A stretch of DNA of 27,994 bases, taken from assembly GCA_035995405.1 (NCBI GenBank), contig DASYKL010000384.1:1-27994 (forward strand), written 5' to 3'. The notes beneath the pieces are model-generated. The model saw only the letters and a list, made by a program, of their open reading frames with translations, searched no databases and was not told where the DNA came from. Below, piece by piece: positions 17,263-25,657 of the stretch. Position numbers and translations under genes: made by a program. Each line of letters begins with the position of its first letter. Within the stretch, counting starts at the first letter, position 1. The DNA comes from Chloroflexota bacterium. GTDB taxonomy: Bacteria; Chloroflexota; UBA6077; CF-72.

Positions 17263-18330
17263 ATGCCAAGGGGCCGGACTGCCCCGGCGCGCACTGTTAA
17301 TCAGCCCGACATAGCGGCTAACCAGTGGATCACTTCTTGCGATGACGGACCGCGGGTGGGTCAGACGCCGGACGCAGAGCAGGCCGAGCAGCGCATCGAG
17401 CGGGTCCTGGAAGAGGGTCTCGAACGCGTTGAGACCCCTGAAGCGGCGCGCGCCATCATCGCCCGGCTCGAACGGCTGAGTGCCGGCCAGACTGAAGCCG
17501 AGCGCGGCGACGCTGCTGCTGAGAAGGACGCGCGCTCGGCCGGTGAGCCGTGCGCGGCGGCCGCAACGAGCATCGAGCGTGCGGGCGCTCCTGCGGGCGC
17601 AGCGACTGCACAGCCGGCGACAAGCGAGGCAGGAGTCGCCGACGCGCTGCTAGAGGTGGCGGCGCAGAGCGTGGCGCCTTCACCGGCCGCTGAGCCGGTG
17701 GTTGCAGCGGCGCAAGCGACGCTACCGCCGTCGGCGCCGGTTTCGCCTCCGGTGCGCCGCGGCCGAACGCTGCTCAAGGAAGCCCTGTTGAAGCGGATGG
17801 GACCGCTGAACGCCGTCGACGCGCGGATCTATCTGGCGGTCAACGAGGCGCCACACCCTGGGTTCCTGGATAGCCTGGCCTGGGCGCTGGCCATCGTTAC
17901 GACTGGCGGCTGGATCTGGGTCATCGCCACGCTCGTGGCCCACCTGGTCCGCATCCCTGGCTCCTGGATGGCCGTCAAGCGGCTGTTACCGAGCGTCGTC
18001 GTCGCGACATGGATGATCGAGTATCCGATCAAAGCCTTTTTCCGCCGCCGGCGGCCCTTTGCGCGAATCGTCGAGGCGCTGGTTATTGGCAAGAAACCTG
18101 GCTCGTGGTCCTTCCCGAGCGGCCATACCGCCTCATCGTTCGCCAGCGCGTGGATCTTGAGCACGGTTTGGCCTAGTCGCACGCCGTTGTTTTTTGGCCT
18201 GGCGAGCGCGGTTGGCTACAGCCGCATTTACCTCGGCGCGCATTATCCAGGTGACGTTGCGTCTGGGGCAGTACTGGGGGTGCTGCTCTCTGAAGCCGTG
18301 CGGCGCCTGAATCGGGCCCTCTTTGGGTGA
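17263..18330 (+). CDS. PAP2-family membrane phosphatase with long low-complexity N-terminus
   Basis: PAP2 motifs C1 KAFFRRRRP, C2 SFPSGH and C3 SRIYLGAHYPGDV. Start uncertain, possibly GTG near 17356. Confidence 0.88.
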   Translation: MPRGRTAPARTVNQPDIAANQWITSCDDGPRVGQTPDAEQAEQRIERVLEEGLERVETPEAARAIIARLERLSAGQTEAERGDAAAEKDARSAGEPCAAAATSIERAGAPAGAATAQPATSEAGVADALLEVAAQSVAPSPAAEPVVAAAQATLPPSAPVSPPVRRGRTLLKEALLKRMGPLNAVDARIYLAVNEAPHPGFLDSLAWALAIVTTGGWIWVIATLVAHLVRIPGSWMAVKRLLPSVVVATWMIEYPIKAFFRRRRPFARIVEALVIGKKPGSWSFPSGHTASSFASAWILSTVWPSRTPLFFGLASAVGYSRIYLGAHYPGDVASGAVLGVLLSEAVRRLNRALFG

Positions 18331-18343
18331 GTGTCAGCGGCGC

Positions 18344-18835
18344 TCAGTGGCTGATCGGGTGGCCCTGCGACTCGGCTAATTCACGCACGCGGGGCCAATC
18401 CACACGGATGTTATAGACGTATTCGCCGGCTTTGGGCTCCTCGGTGCGGACTTCGGCGTAGCCGGGCCGAACCAGGTACTGGATCAGAACATCGGCGGCT
18501 TCGTTCTCCGCCGGCACGCGGCTGTCGTAGGGGACCTCAGCCAGGCCGTCGGTGCCGCCGCGCTGGCGGACGTCGTTCATCGCCTCGCGGAAGTCGTTGA
18601 GCTCGCGGCGGGCTTCGGCAAGCTCGTCGCGCTCGGCGCGGTGTTGGTCGGCCTGGACTTCCGCCAGGCTGCGCCGCGCGGTGGCCTGCATTTCACGTTC
18701 GACCGCTTCTACTTCGAGCCGGTCGCGGGTCAACGCGTCGAGCAGCGAGGCGTACGCGCGTTCATCGGTGTGCCAGTCCAGCGCTCCGAAGCCGCTCAGC
18801 CACCGCTGAGGTGGGCTGCCATCCTGACGAGCCAT
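18344..18835 (-). CDS. Hypothetical protein (coiled-coil centre)
   Basis: GGAGG RBS before ATG 18835 (MARQDG...). Charged helical region. Fills the gap between convergent genes. Confidence 0.7.
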   Translation of the reverse strand: MARQDGSPPQRWLSGFGALDWHTDERAYASLLDALTRDRLEVEAVEREMQATARRSLAEVQADQHRAERDELAEARRELNDFREAMNDVRQRGGTDGLAEVPYDSRVPAENEAADVLIQYLVRPGYAEVRTEEPKAGEYVYNIRVDWPRVRELAESQGHPISH

Positions 18836-18887
18836 GACCTCCATTCTTATCAAGAAACGTGCCGACGCGTATTTGAGGCTAGCCGCC

Positions 18888-20447
18888 CTACATGCTGCGG
18901 GGTGGTGCGGCCCCAGTGTTCTTGGCGCCGGGCTCGAAGTTGCCTTCTTCGTGGTAGACGACGGCCTGGTCTGTCTCGTAGGCGCGGACGCTGGGCGCCG
19001 CGCCAGGAAGGCCGAGCGAGGTCCAGCGACCGGCGATCTGGTCGTACATCTCTTTGCGCAACGCAGTGCGCTTCGAAAACACGGGCAGGTAGCGATGCTC
19101 TTTGCAGGCGTTGATCAGCGCCTTGGAACCGTATGGCCGCTCCTCGGGCGGATTCTGCGTCGGATCGAGCCACGTGCTCCACGTATTGCGCAGGATGTCG
19201 ATGTCCTCGATTGGGTTGCACCGTGAGCCCATCGCCCAGATCACCTGATCCATGTCTGTCGGATCGACGTCTTCGTCGACGGCGATGATCCACTTGGTGT
19301 AGTACGCCCCGCCCGGCACCTGTGCCGCCAGCGCCAGCGCTTGTGCGGCGTGGCCCGCGTAGCGCTGCTCCAGTGAGAGAACCGTCATGCCGAAACCGCC
19401 GGCCGCCGCGGGATGCGAGTACACGCCCTGGATACCGGGAATGCCGAGTTTGTCGAGGTCAGCCCAGATGCGCGCCGAGCGGGCGATCGCAAAGAAGCCG
19501 CTCTGTTCGCAGGACGGGTAATCGGCCATCAACGCGTTGGTCAGAATCGGCCGCGAGCGAAAGTGGACCGCCGTCACGTCGACCAGCGGCGCGCCCGCCT
19601 CAGGTCGGCCGTAGTAGCCCGTAAATTCGCCAAACGGGCCCTCACTCTTGATCGAGCCAGGTCGAATTTCGCCTTCGATGACAAACTCGGCATTGGCCGG
19701 CAGCAGCAAATCGGTGGTTTGGCCGCGCACGACGGGAATCGCCTGGCCTTTGATCCCACCAGCGAACTCATACTCGGACACGTTTTTGGGAAAGGTCTGC
19801 GACCCGACGACCATGAACAGCGGATCTATTCCCCACGCTGCGGCGACCTGGATCGACTCGCCGCGTTGCCAGGCGCGCGTGATGTGCAGGCGCGCGTCTT
19901 TCCCCGGCGACAGGTACAGCCCGCACTGCCGCGGCCCCTGGACCATCATGCGGTACGTCCCAACGTTGAGATAGCCGGAGTCCGGATCGCGGGTGATCAC
20001 CGCGTCGCCGGTACCGGCGTAGCGACCGCCATCCATGGGCCAGTGCTTTGGAAACGGCAGGCTGGTCAGGTCGATGTCATCGCCACGTAACGTGTGCTCG
20101 AACACCGGGGCGTCGCGGCCAGGCACTTCTTCTGGCTCGATGCGCCGCGCCATTTTCTCCTTGACGCGTCGGATGAGCTCGAGCGCCGGTGTATCCGCGG
20201 GCTCTTCCATCGTCAGCGCCGTACGTCGAAGGCTCGGTCCGAGGATGTTCCACAGCAAGCGTGCGCCGATCGGACTGGATTCGAAACCCTTGGCATGTTC
20301 GAAGACCACGGCCGGCGACGGCTGTTGCTTGGCGAGCAGATAGGTCACCGCGCTCATTTCTTCGATCGGATCGACCGGCTGATCGACGCACACGAGCTCA
20401 CCGAGCTCATCGACGGCACTCAACCATTGGCGCAGGTCCTGGATCAT
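18888..20447 (-). CDS. UbiD-family prFMN-dependent (de)carboxylase
   Basis: Motifs DGGRYAGT, NVGTYR, catalytic EGPFGEFTGYY, IIAVDEDVDP and KALINAC. Start ATG 20447 (MIQDLRQWL) overlaps the upstream stop (ATGA). The ORF-track extension is spurious. Confidence 0.93.
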   Translation of the reverse strand: MIQDLRQWLSAVDELGELVCVDQPVDPIEEMSAVTYLLAKQQPSPAVVFEHAKGFESSPIGARLLWNILGPSLRRTALTMEEPADTPALELIRRVKEKMARRIEPEEVPGRDAPVFEHTLRGDDIDLTSLPFPKHWPMDGGRYAGTGDAVITRDPDSGYLNVGTYRMMVQGPRQCGLYLSPGKDARLHITRAWQRGESIQVAAAWGIDPLFMVVGSQTFPKNVSEYEFAGGIKGQAIPVVRGQTTDLLLPANAEFVIEGEIRPGSIKSEGPFGEFTGYYGRPEAGAPLVDVTAVHFRSRPILTNALMADYPSCEQSGFFAIARSARIWADLDKLGIPGIQGVYSHPAAAGGFGMTVLSLEQRYAGHAAQALALAAQVPGGAYYTKWIIAVDEDVDPTDMDQVIWAMGSRCNPIEDIDILRNTWSTWLDPTQNPPEERPYGSKALINACKEHRYLPVFSKRTALRKEMYDQIAGRWTSLGLPGAAPSVRAYETDQAVVYHEEGNFEPGAKNTGAAPPRSM

Positions 20448-21133
20448 GGGGCTGCCAACTCCGCGTAGTACGCCCAACGCCCGGCGGGCGCGGCGAGTTG
20501 TGTCCTGAGTGCTTGCAGCTCGGACTGCGGGATGACCCGCGGCGTGCGACCGAGCTGTGCGACTCGATAGTTTGCTTCGGCCAGTCGTTCGAGGTGGATG
20601 GCCCCCAGGGTCGCCTCCTGGACACTTGCGGCGACACTGACAATGCCGTGGCCCTGGAGATGACAGACGGGGTGCGAGCCGAGCGCTACAGCTACTGCTT
20701 TGCCTGCTTCGCTCGAGACGATTAGCTCGGCGCAATGAAAAATCGGCACCGGATCCTGGTCGAGGACCATCGAGTCGACGTGCAGCAGGGGTAAAATGGG
20801 CAGCTCGACGATACCGAGCAGTGTCGACATCGGCTGATGTGTGTGCACGACTGAGACGACGTCAGCCCGGGCGCGGTAGATCTCGGTGTGGATGAAACGC
20901 TCGGATGGCGGCTGGTGCTCGCCCTCGACCAGGGTGCCATCGAGGTCAATGACCACCATGTCCTCTGGGCCCATGCGATCCATGCCGCGGATCTGGGGCG
21001 AATGCTTGGGCTTGATCAGGACCCGCTCGGCGTCGAGCCGCACGCTCGGATGGCCGAGGTAATCCGAGAGACCGAGCTTGTACAGGACGTGGCAGGACGT
21101 CGCCAGGAGCTCACGCTGTTCTTGTTCGTTCAT
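20444..21133 (-). CDS. Class II aldolase/adducin-family metalloprotein
   Basis: Motifs GHPSVR, PPSERFIHTEIYRAR, metal ligands VVHTHQP and LQGHG. Confidence 0.9.
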   Translation of the reverse strand: MNEQEQRELLATSCHVLYKLGLSDYLGHPSVRLDAERVLIKPKHSPQIRGMDRMGPEDMVVIDLDGTLVEGEHQPPSERFIHTEIYRARADVVSVVHTHQPMSTLLGIVELPILPLLHVDSMVLDQDPVPIFHCAELIVSSEAGKAVAVALGSHPVCHLQGHGIVSVAASVQEATLGAIHLERLAEANYRVAQLGRTPRVIPQSELQALRTQLAAPAGRWAYYAELAAP

Positions 21134-21618
21134 GCGGCGCGCAACGCGGCGATGGCGTGCTGCCAGCGTGGAAGGACGTCCTTCGGCTGGTGCAAACGGA
21201 ATGTGACACCTGACGTCAGCGTGGCGTACTCGGCGGCGTCGAGGAGGACTTCGTCGATGTGCAGGACGAAATAGGCCAGGCGGCCGTCGGGTCCGAGATC
21301 CAGGTCGGCGCCGCGCGACGCGGTCAGGCGGACGTAGTAGCCATTGCCCTCGGCGACGACGGCCAGCAGTGCGCGCCCGTCACGGCCGAGGTTGCGTGTC
21401 GTGGTGCTATTCAGCCACAGGCCAGCGCGGAGGGTGTGTGGATCGACAGCAACCAGCTCGCCGAGGCTGAGCATGGCCAGGTGGGGCCAGCCTGCTTCGT
21501 CAGCAGTAACCAGGAGGAACGCCGGATTCAAATCCTCTTCAGAACAGGCGGCGACCGCTGCGCCGTCGAGTAGCTGCCGCAAGAGGTCGGGCAGCTCGCT
21601 GCCAAGCGTGCGGGTCAT
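21130..21618 (-). CDS. Pyridoxamine 5'-phosphate oxidase-like (split-barrel flavin-binding) protein
   Basis: Pattern LLVTADEAGWPHLAMLS...STTTRNLGRDGRALL. ATGA overlap with the aldolase. Start ATG 21618 avoids overlap with the divergent gene. Confidence 0.8.
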   Translation of the reverse strand: MTRTLGSELPDLLRQLLDGAAVAACSEEDLNPAFLLVTADEAGWPHLAMLSLGELVAVDPHTLRAGLWLNSTTTRNLGRDGRALLAVVAEGNGYYVRLTASRGADLDLGPDGRLAYFVLHIDEVLLDAAEYATLTSGVTFRLHQPKDVLPRWQHAIAALRAA

Positions 21619-21632
21619 AGCCGATTGGGCGC

Positions 21633-21642
21633 ATTGTAGCCT
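21633..21642. promoter_or_regulatory. Overlapping divergent -10 elements (candidate bidirectional promoter)
   Basis: ATTGTAGCCT contains TACAAT on the minus strand (21638-21633) and TAGCCT on the plus strand (21637-21642). It sits in a 30-bp gap between divergent starts. Confidence 0.45.
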
Positions 21643-21648
21643 TGCATC

Positions 21649-23157
21649 GTGCTCGACCTGCCGTGCCGCGCCGATGGCCGGGTATTCAACATGGCCGTGC
21701 CGCTCGTCGACCGGCACGTGGCCGAAGGACGTGGCTCCAGACCCGCGCTACGCCTCGACAGCGGCGATGTGAGCTATGCCGGCCTGCAGGCGATGGTCAA
21801 CCGCGCTGGCAATGCGTTACGCGGTGCTGGCCTCGCCCCGGAGCAACGGGTCGCACTGTTGTTGCCCGATGGCCTGGAGTTCATCGCCGCGTTTATCGGG
21901 GCGATGAAGATCGGCGCGGTGCCCGTACCGTTGAACACGGCTGCCCGCCAGGCTGACGTGCAGCTGATGCTCGCGGATAGTCGCGCGCAAGCGCTTATCG
22001 CTGACGCGAGTCTGCTCGGCGCTGGCAGCTACGACGTGCCGCGTGTGTTGACGGTTGGAGGAAACGGCGGGCGGTCGTTCGAGGCAGCCATGGCGGCGGC
22101 TGCTGACCAGCTCGAGCCCTACCCGACGGGTGTCGACGAGCCGTGCTACTGGCTGTACTCGTCAGGGACGACCGGCCGCCCGAAAGGCGTCGTTCATCTG
22201 CACGGCGACATGCTGGCGTGCGTTTCGCCGTATGCGCGGCAAGTCGTTCGCATCACTCCAGAAGACAGCACGTTTTCGGTTGCTCGGCTGTTCTTCAGCT
22301 ACGGCTTGGTCAATTCGCTGTTCCTGCCGCTGTTGGCTGGAGCGACGGCCATCCTGACGCCGCACCGGCCTGAACTGGCGCACGTGCTGGACATCATCCG
22401 CCGTCATCGGCCGACGCTGTTTTTTTCCGTGCCCACGTCGTTCGTGCAGCTGTGCGCGGCCGCGCCTGAGGGGACGCTTGCGAGTGTGCGCCTGGCCATT
22501 TCGGCAGGCGAACCGTTACCGGAGCCGGTCTATCGAAGCTGGACGGAGTCAACGGGCGTTGAGCTACTCGATGGGCTGGGCAGTACCGAAGTGGGTTACA
22601 TCTATTGCTCAAATCTGCCTGGGCACGTTCGGCCGGGCTCCAGCGGACGGATGATCGGCGATCACCAGGCGCGCATCGTCGATGAAAATGGGTTCGATGT
22701 GCCGGCCGGCGAGTCGGGCGAGCTGCTGGTAAAGGCTGCTTCGACGGCGCTCCACTATTGGAATCAGCGGGATCGTTCGAAGCAGACGTTTGTCGGGGAG
22801 TGGCTACGGACTGGTGATCGTTATGTCCGGGATGCAGATGGCTGGCTGTGGTACCAGGGGCGGACCACTGACGTCTTCAAGGTCAGCGGTCAGTGGGTGT
22901 CGCCGCTGGAGATCGAGAGTTGTCTGCTGAGCCACCCGTCCGTCGTGGAGTGCGCCGTCGTTGGAGCGGCAGACGGGGCGGGCTTGCTGAAGCCCAAAGC
23001 CTACGTCGTACCGCGGGGCCCGGTCACCTCGGAAGAGCTGCAGGTATGGGTCAAAGAGCGGTTACAGCCACACAAGTACCCGCGCTGGGTCGAGTTGGTG
23101 GCCGAGCTGCCGAAAACGGCGAGCGGCAAGGTGCAGCGCTTTCGGCTGCGCGACTAA
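21649..23157 (+). CDS. Benzoate-CoA ligase-family (aryl-CoA ligase) protein
   Basis: Motifs FNMAVPLVDRH, WLYSSGTTGRPKGVVH, LFFSYGL, SAGEPLP, LDGLGSTE, WLRTGD, KVSGQWVSPLEIE and LPKTASGKVQRF. Confidence 0.92.
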   Translation: MLDLPCRADGRVFNMAVPLVDRHVAEGRGSRPALRLDSGDVSYAGLQAMVNRAGNALRGAGLAPEQRVALLLPDGLEFIAAFIGAMKIGAVPVPLNTAARQADVQLMLADSRAQALIADASLLGAGSYDVPRVLTVGGNGGRSFEAAMAAAADQLEPYPTGVDEPCYWLYSSGTTGRPKGVVHLHGDMLACVSPYARQVVRITPEDSTFSVARLFFSYGLVNSLFLPLLAGATAILTPHRPELAHVLDIIRRHRPTLFFSVPTSFVQLCAAAPEGTLASVRLAISAGEPLPEPVYRSWTESTGVELLDGLGSTEVGYIYCSNLPGHVRPGSSGRMIGDHQARIVDENGFDVPAGESGELLVKAASTALHYWNQRDRSKQTFVGEWLRTGDRYVRDADGWLWYQGRTTDVFKVSGQWVSPLEIESCLLSHPSVVECAVVGAADGAGLLKPKAYVVPRGPVTSEELQVWVKERLQPHKYPRWVELVAELPKTASGKVQRFRLRD

Positions 23158-23160
23158 GGC

Positions 23161-23358
23161 TCAGGCGGCGCGGTCGGCCCAGCGTGGTGCGCCGCACGGC
23201 AACGCGCCAGGCTGGCGTCGGGCAGAGGAGCCTGCCAGACAGGCACGTTTTCGGCCCTGGCGGGGATAGGCTGGCACTTCAACCAATGGGGCGCCACAGT
23301 GGACACAGCGATCCACGCCGCCGCGAGGCAAGAACTGGATCACGACTGAGGACTGCAC
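23161..23358 (-). CDS. Possible small Cys-containing protein
   Basis: 65-aa ORF with RCVHCGAPL and two more Cys, filling the gap between the ligase stop and a terminator. No clear RBS. Confidence 0.3.
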   Translation of the reverse strand: MQSSVVIQFLPRGGVDRCVHCGAPLVEVPAYPRQGRKRACLAGSSARRQPGALPCGAPRWADRAA

Positions 23359-23399
23359 ACGTAACTATCGGCCGCCGATAGATCAACTTGAGGGGCAGC

Positions 23400-23427
23400 A
23401 AAAAGGGGACACCCTGCGGCATCCCCT
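23400..23427 (-). terminator. Intrinsic terminator of the zinc-ribbon gene
   Basis: Minus strand reads AGGGGATGCC-GCAG-GGTGTCCCCT-TTTT. Confidence 0.8.
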
Positions 23428-23465
23428 GTCTTGCCTAGCGGCCCTTGCGTCGAGGCGTAAGCGGG

Positions 23466-23846
23466 TTAGATGCGGCCGCGACCGGCGAACCGGCCGCCGC
23501 CGCCGCCTGGGCGACCAGTGTTGGTGCCGCGGCGTTGCTCGAAACACGTCGAGCAGTACACGGGCTTCTCGCCGCTCGGTTGGAACGGAACCTGGGCGAT
23601 GCTGCCGCAGCCCGAGCAAACGGCCTCGTACATCTGGCGCGGACCGCGCGGCGCGCTGCTCTCGTAGCCGCCGCCGCCGCCGCCGGAGAATGAACCGCGG
23701 TCACGCTCGGAACGTCGTGCGGCGCGGCAGTCCGCACAGCGCGTGGGCTCCGTAAATCCACGGCTGGCATAGAAATCCTGCTCGCCAGCGGTGAACGTAA
23801 AACCCTGGCCGCAGTCGCGGCAGGTCAAAGTCATATCGCCCGACAT
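23466..23846 (-). CDS. Zinc-ribbon protein (zf-trcl + CxxC-x17-CxxC domain)
   Basis: LTCRDCGQGFTFTAGEQDFY...PTRCADCR, a Gly-rich linker, then AVCSGCG...VPFQPSGEKPVYCSTCF and an RGG-like tail. AAGGGAG RBS. Confidence 0.93.
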   Translation of the reverse strand: MSGDMTLTCRDCGQGFTFTAGEQDFYASRGFTEPTRCADCRAARRSERDRGSFSGGGGGGYESSAPRGPRQMYEAVCSGCGSIAQVPFQPSGEKPVYCSTCFEQRRGTNTGRPGGGGGRFAGRGRI

Positions 23847-23987
23847 GTTGTCGACGGCTCCCTTGAACGAATCAAACAGCGAATCGATCGGCCCGGCTGG
23901 CCTGGACGATCACCAATATCTGTGGGTTCCGTCGACACGGTTTGATGTAGTTTACGGACGAGGAACGGCGCCAGCCGACGCAGTGTA
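23847..23987 (-). promoter_or_regulatory. TACACT -10 element plus ~130-nt structured 5' leader of the zinc-ribbon gene
   Basis: TACACT at 23987-23982. Competing helices, one of which (23937-23929 with 23857-23849) abuts and extends into the RBS. Confidence 0.5.
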
Positions 23988-24017
23988 CCGGCTCACTTGC
24001 GCCACGCGCCAGATCGC

Positions 24018-24055
24018 AAAAAAAGAGGCGCCGCCTCGCGCAAGAGGCGGCGCCT
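24018..24055 (-). terminator. Strong intrinsic terminator
   Basis: Minus strand reads AGGCGCCGCCTC-TTGCGC-GAGGCGGCGCCT-C-TTTTTTT: a perfect 12-bp stem followed by U7. Confidence 0.9.
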
Positions 24056-24153
24056 GGATTTACGAGTTCATTACTCCGATTGCTCCGGTAAAGAATGACA
24101 AGTGCTAGTCTGCACGGTTGACCCTCTTTCGGCGCCGTTCGCCGATGGGGCCG

Positions 24154-24207
24154 TTACCGATCAACCTGCCAGCAGCAATTGAGTTGGTGCGTAGCGCGGA
24201 AGTTCAT
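24154..24207 (-). CDS. Small ORF/leader peptide MNFRATHQLNCCWQVDR (17 aa)
   Basis: GGAGG 6 nt upstream of the ATG, extended -10 TGTTATGGT at 24253-24245, and a strong terminator downstream. Confidence 0.45.
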   Translation of the reverse strand: MNFRATHQLNCCWQVDR

Positions 24208-24385
24208 TGCGTTCCTCCGTTTTTGAGCACTGGGCTCACTTGAGACCATAACACCAGGCACGTCCGCCGGCGGTTACAGGACGGCAACGACGGTTGCAGT
24301 TAGCGGACAATGGCTGTGAACCTTACGACGGCACGCGGGTTGCGATTTGTGGTGTTGCAACCTGCCAAGGGAGACATCAAAAGCT

Positions 24386-24916
24386 ATGGCCAACATGCCT
24401 TCTTCTTCTTCTTCGTCTTCTCCTTCTTCTTCTTCTTCTTCTTCTTCCAGTCCGTCAACTCCGTCAGCGTCCCCAGCGCAAGGCTCTGCAACCGCGAGTG
24501 CGGCGCCGAACGCGTCTACGGCGCCAGCCAATTCATCGCCAGCCAATTCGTCCAATAGCGCATCCGCAACGTCATCGTCGCCGGCGGGCCAATACGACTC
24601 ATATTCCTCTTCGGAATGGACGCAACAGACCCTGATGTCCGACTTGTTGCAACAGAAGGGTCTGCTGATTGGTCTCGGCGTTGTGATCGTCGCCATTCTG
24701 TTCTTCCGCGGTCGCTCCAGCAAGCCCGAGGAGAAGGCCGCACGGCGCCTTGTCCGCGACTGGCGTCATGTTGACGATCCGGACGACGTCCGCGATCTGC
24801 TCGGCGAAAACGTGCCGACGATCCTGCGGCCGGCCATGTTGATCGCTCTGCAGGAGATCGAGCGGCAAGTGCATCGTGGTTTTCAGAAGCTCGAGCACGA
24901 CATCGAGCGTCTCTGA
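24386..24916 (+). CDS. Hypothetical single-pass membrane protein with Ser/Ala/Pro-rich disordered N-terminus
   Basis: AAGGGAG RBS. TM segment LLIGLGVVIVAILFF. Helical charged C-terminus. Confidence 0.75.
   Translation: MANMPSSSSSSSPSSSSSSSSSPSTPSASPAQGSATASAAPNASTAPANSSPANSSNSASATSSSPAGQYDSYSSSEWTQQTLMSDLLQQKGLLIGLGVVIVAILFFRGRSSKPEEKAARRLVRDWRHVDDPDDVRDLLGENVPTILRPAMLIALQEIERQVHRGFQKLEHDIERL
24401..24448 (+). repeat. (TCT)n trinucleotide microsatellite encoding poly-Ser
   Basis: TCT x4, TCG, TCT x2, CCT, TCT x7, TCC, all in frame. Confidence 0.9.
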
Positions 24917-24952
24917 GGCACTGACGCGCCTCGCCGTCGGCTTGCCGTCGGC

Positions 24953-25657
24953 CTACAAAGCGGACAGCGAGTAACCGACTCGAGCGTGGGTGATGACATA
25001 CCGCGGCTCGCTCGCGACGTCCTCGATCTTGCGTCGTAGGCGAGCCACATTCACCCGCAACAGATGCACCTCGTCGCGGTAGGCCGGGCCCCAGACCTTG
25101 TTCAAGATCGCTTTGCTCGGCCGGACTTCACCCGGCGACTGGGCCAGAAACGCCAGGATGCTAAATTCCGTGGGCGTCAACTCGAGCGGCTGGCCCGCCT
25201 TGTACGCCATGTGCTGGTCGAAATCGACGCGCAGGTCGCCCGTATCGAAAGACTCGACCGAGCCGTCGCTGGCATACACATTCGAACGCCGCAGCAAGGC
25301 GTTCACCCGAGCCAACAACTCGCGGCTGGCGAACGGCTTGGTCTGGTAGTCGTCGGCGCCGGCTTCAAGCCCGGCGATCTTGTCTTCCTCGCTGCCGAAG
25401 CCGGTCAACATCAGGATCGGCTCGATGATCTGCTGGGCTCGCAGCTGGCGGCAGACCTCGATGCCATTCATGCCCGGCATGCCCACGTCCAGCAGGTACA
25501 GATCGGGGTTCACTTCGCGGGCCATCTCGAGCGCTCGCAGCCCATCCTCCGCGGCGACCACGTGGTACTGACCCTGTTCGAGCGTCCAGATCAGCAGATT
25601 GCGCAATCTGGGATCGTCGTCGGCGATGAGAACGGTGCGGCCGGTATGCGCGATCAT
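24953..25657 (-). CDS. OmpR/KdpE-like response regulator (REC + winged helix)
   Basis: Motifs VLIADDD, LLDVGMPG, PILMLT, GADDYQTKPF, LTPTEFSIL, VWGPAY and LRVNVARLRRKIE. Confidence 0.95.
   Translation of the reverse strand: MIAHTGRTVLIADDDPRLRNLLIWTLEQGQYHVVAAEDGLRALEMAREVNPDLYLLDVGMPGMNGIEVCRQLRAQQIIEPILMLTGFGSEEDKIAGLEAGADDYQTKPFASRELLARVNALLRRSNVYASDGSVESFDTGDLRVDFDQHMAYKAGQPLELTPTEFSILAFLAQSPGEVRPSKAILNKVWGPAYRDEVHLLRVNVARLRRKIEDVASEPRYVITHARVGYSLSAL

Noticed and set aside
24274..24723. Poly-Glu, poly-Leu and poly-Phe ORFs over the TCT repeat
   Set aside because: Alternative frames of the same microsatellite. Only the poly-Ser frame has an RBS and continues into a TM helix plus a globular region.
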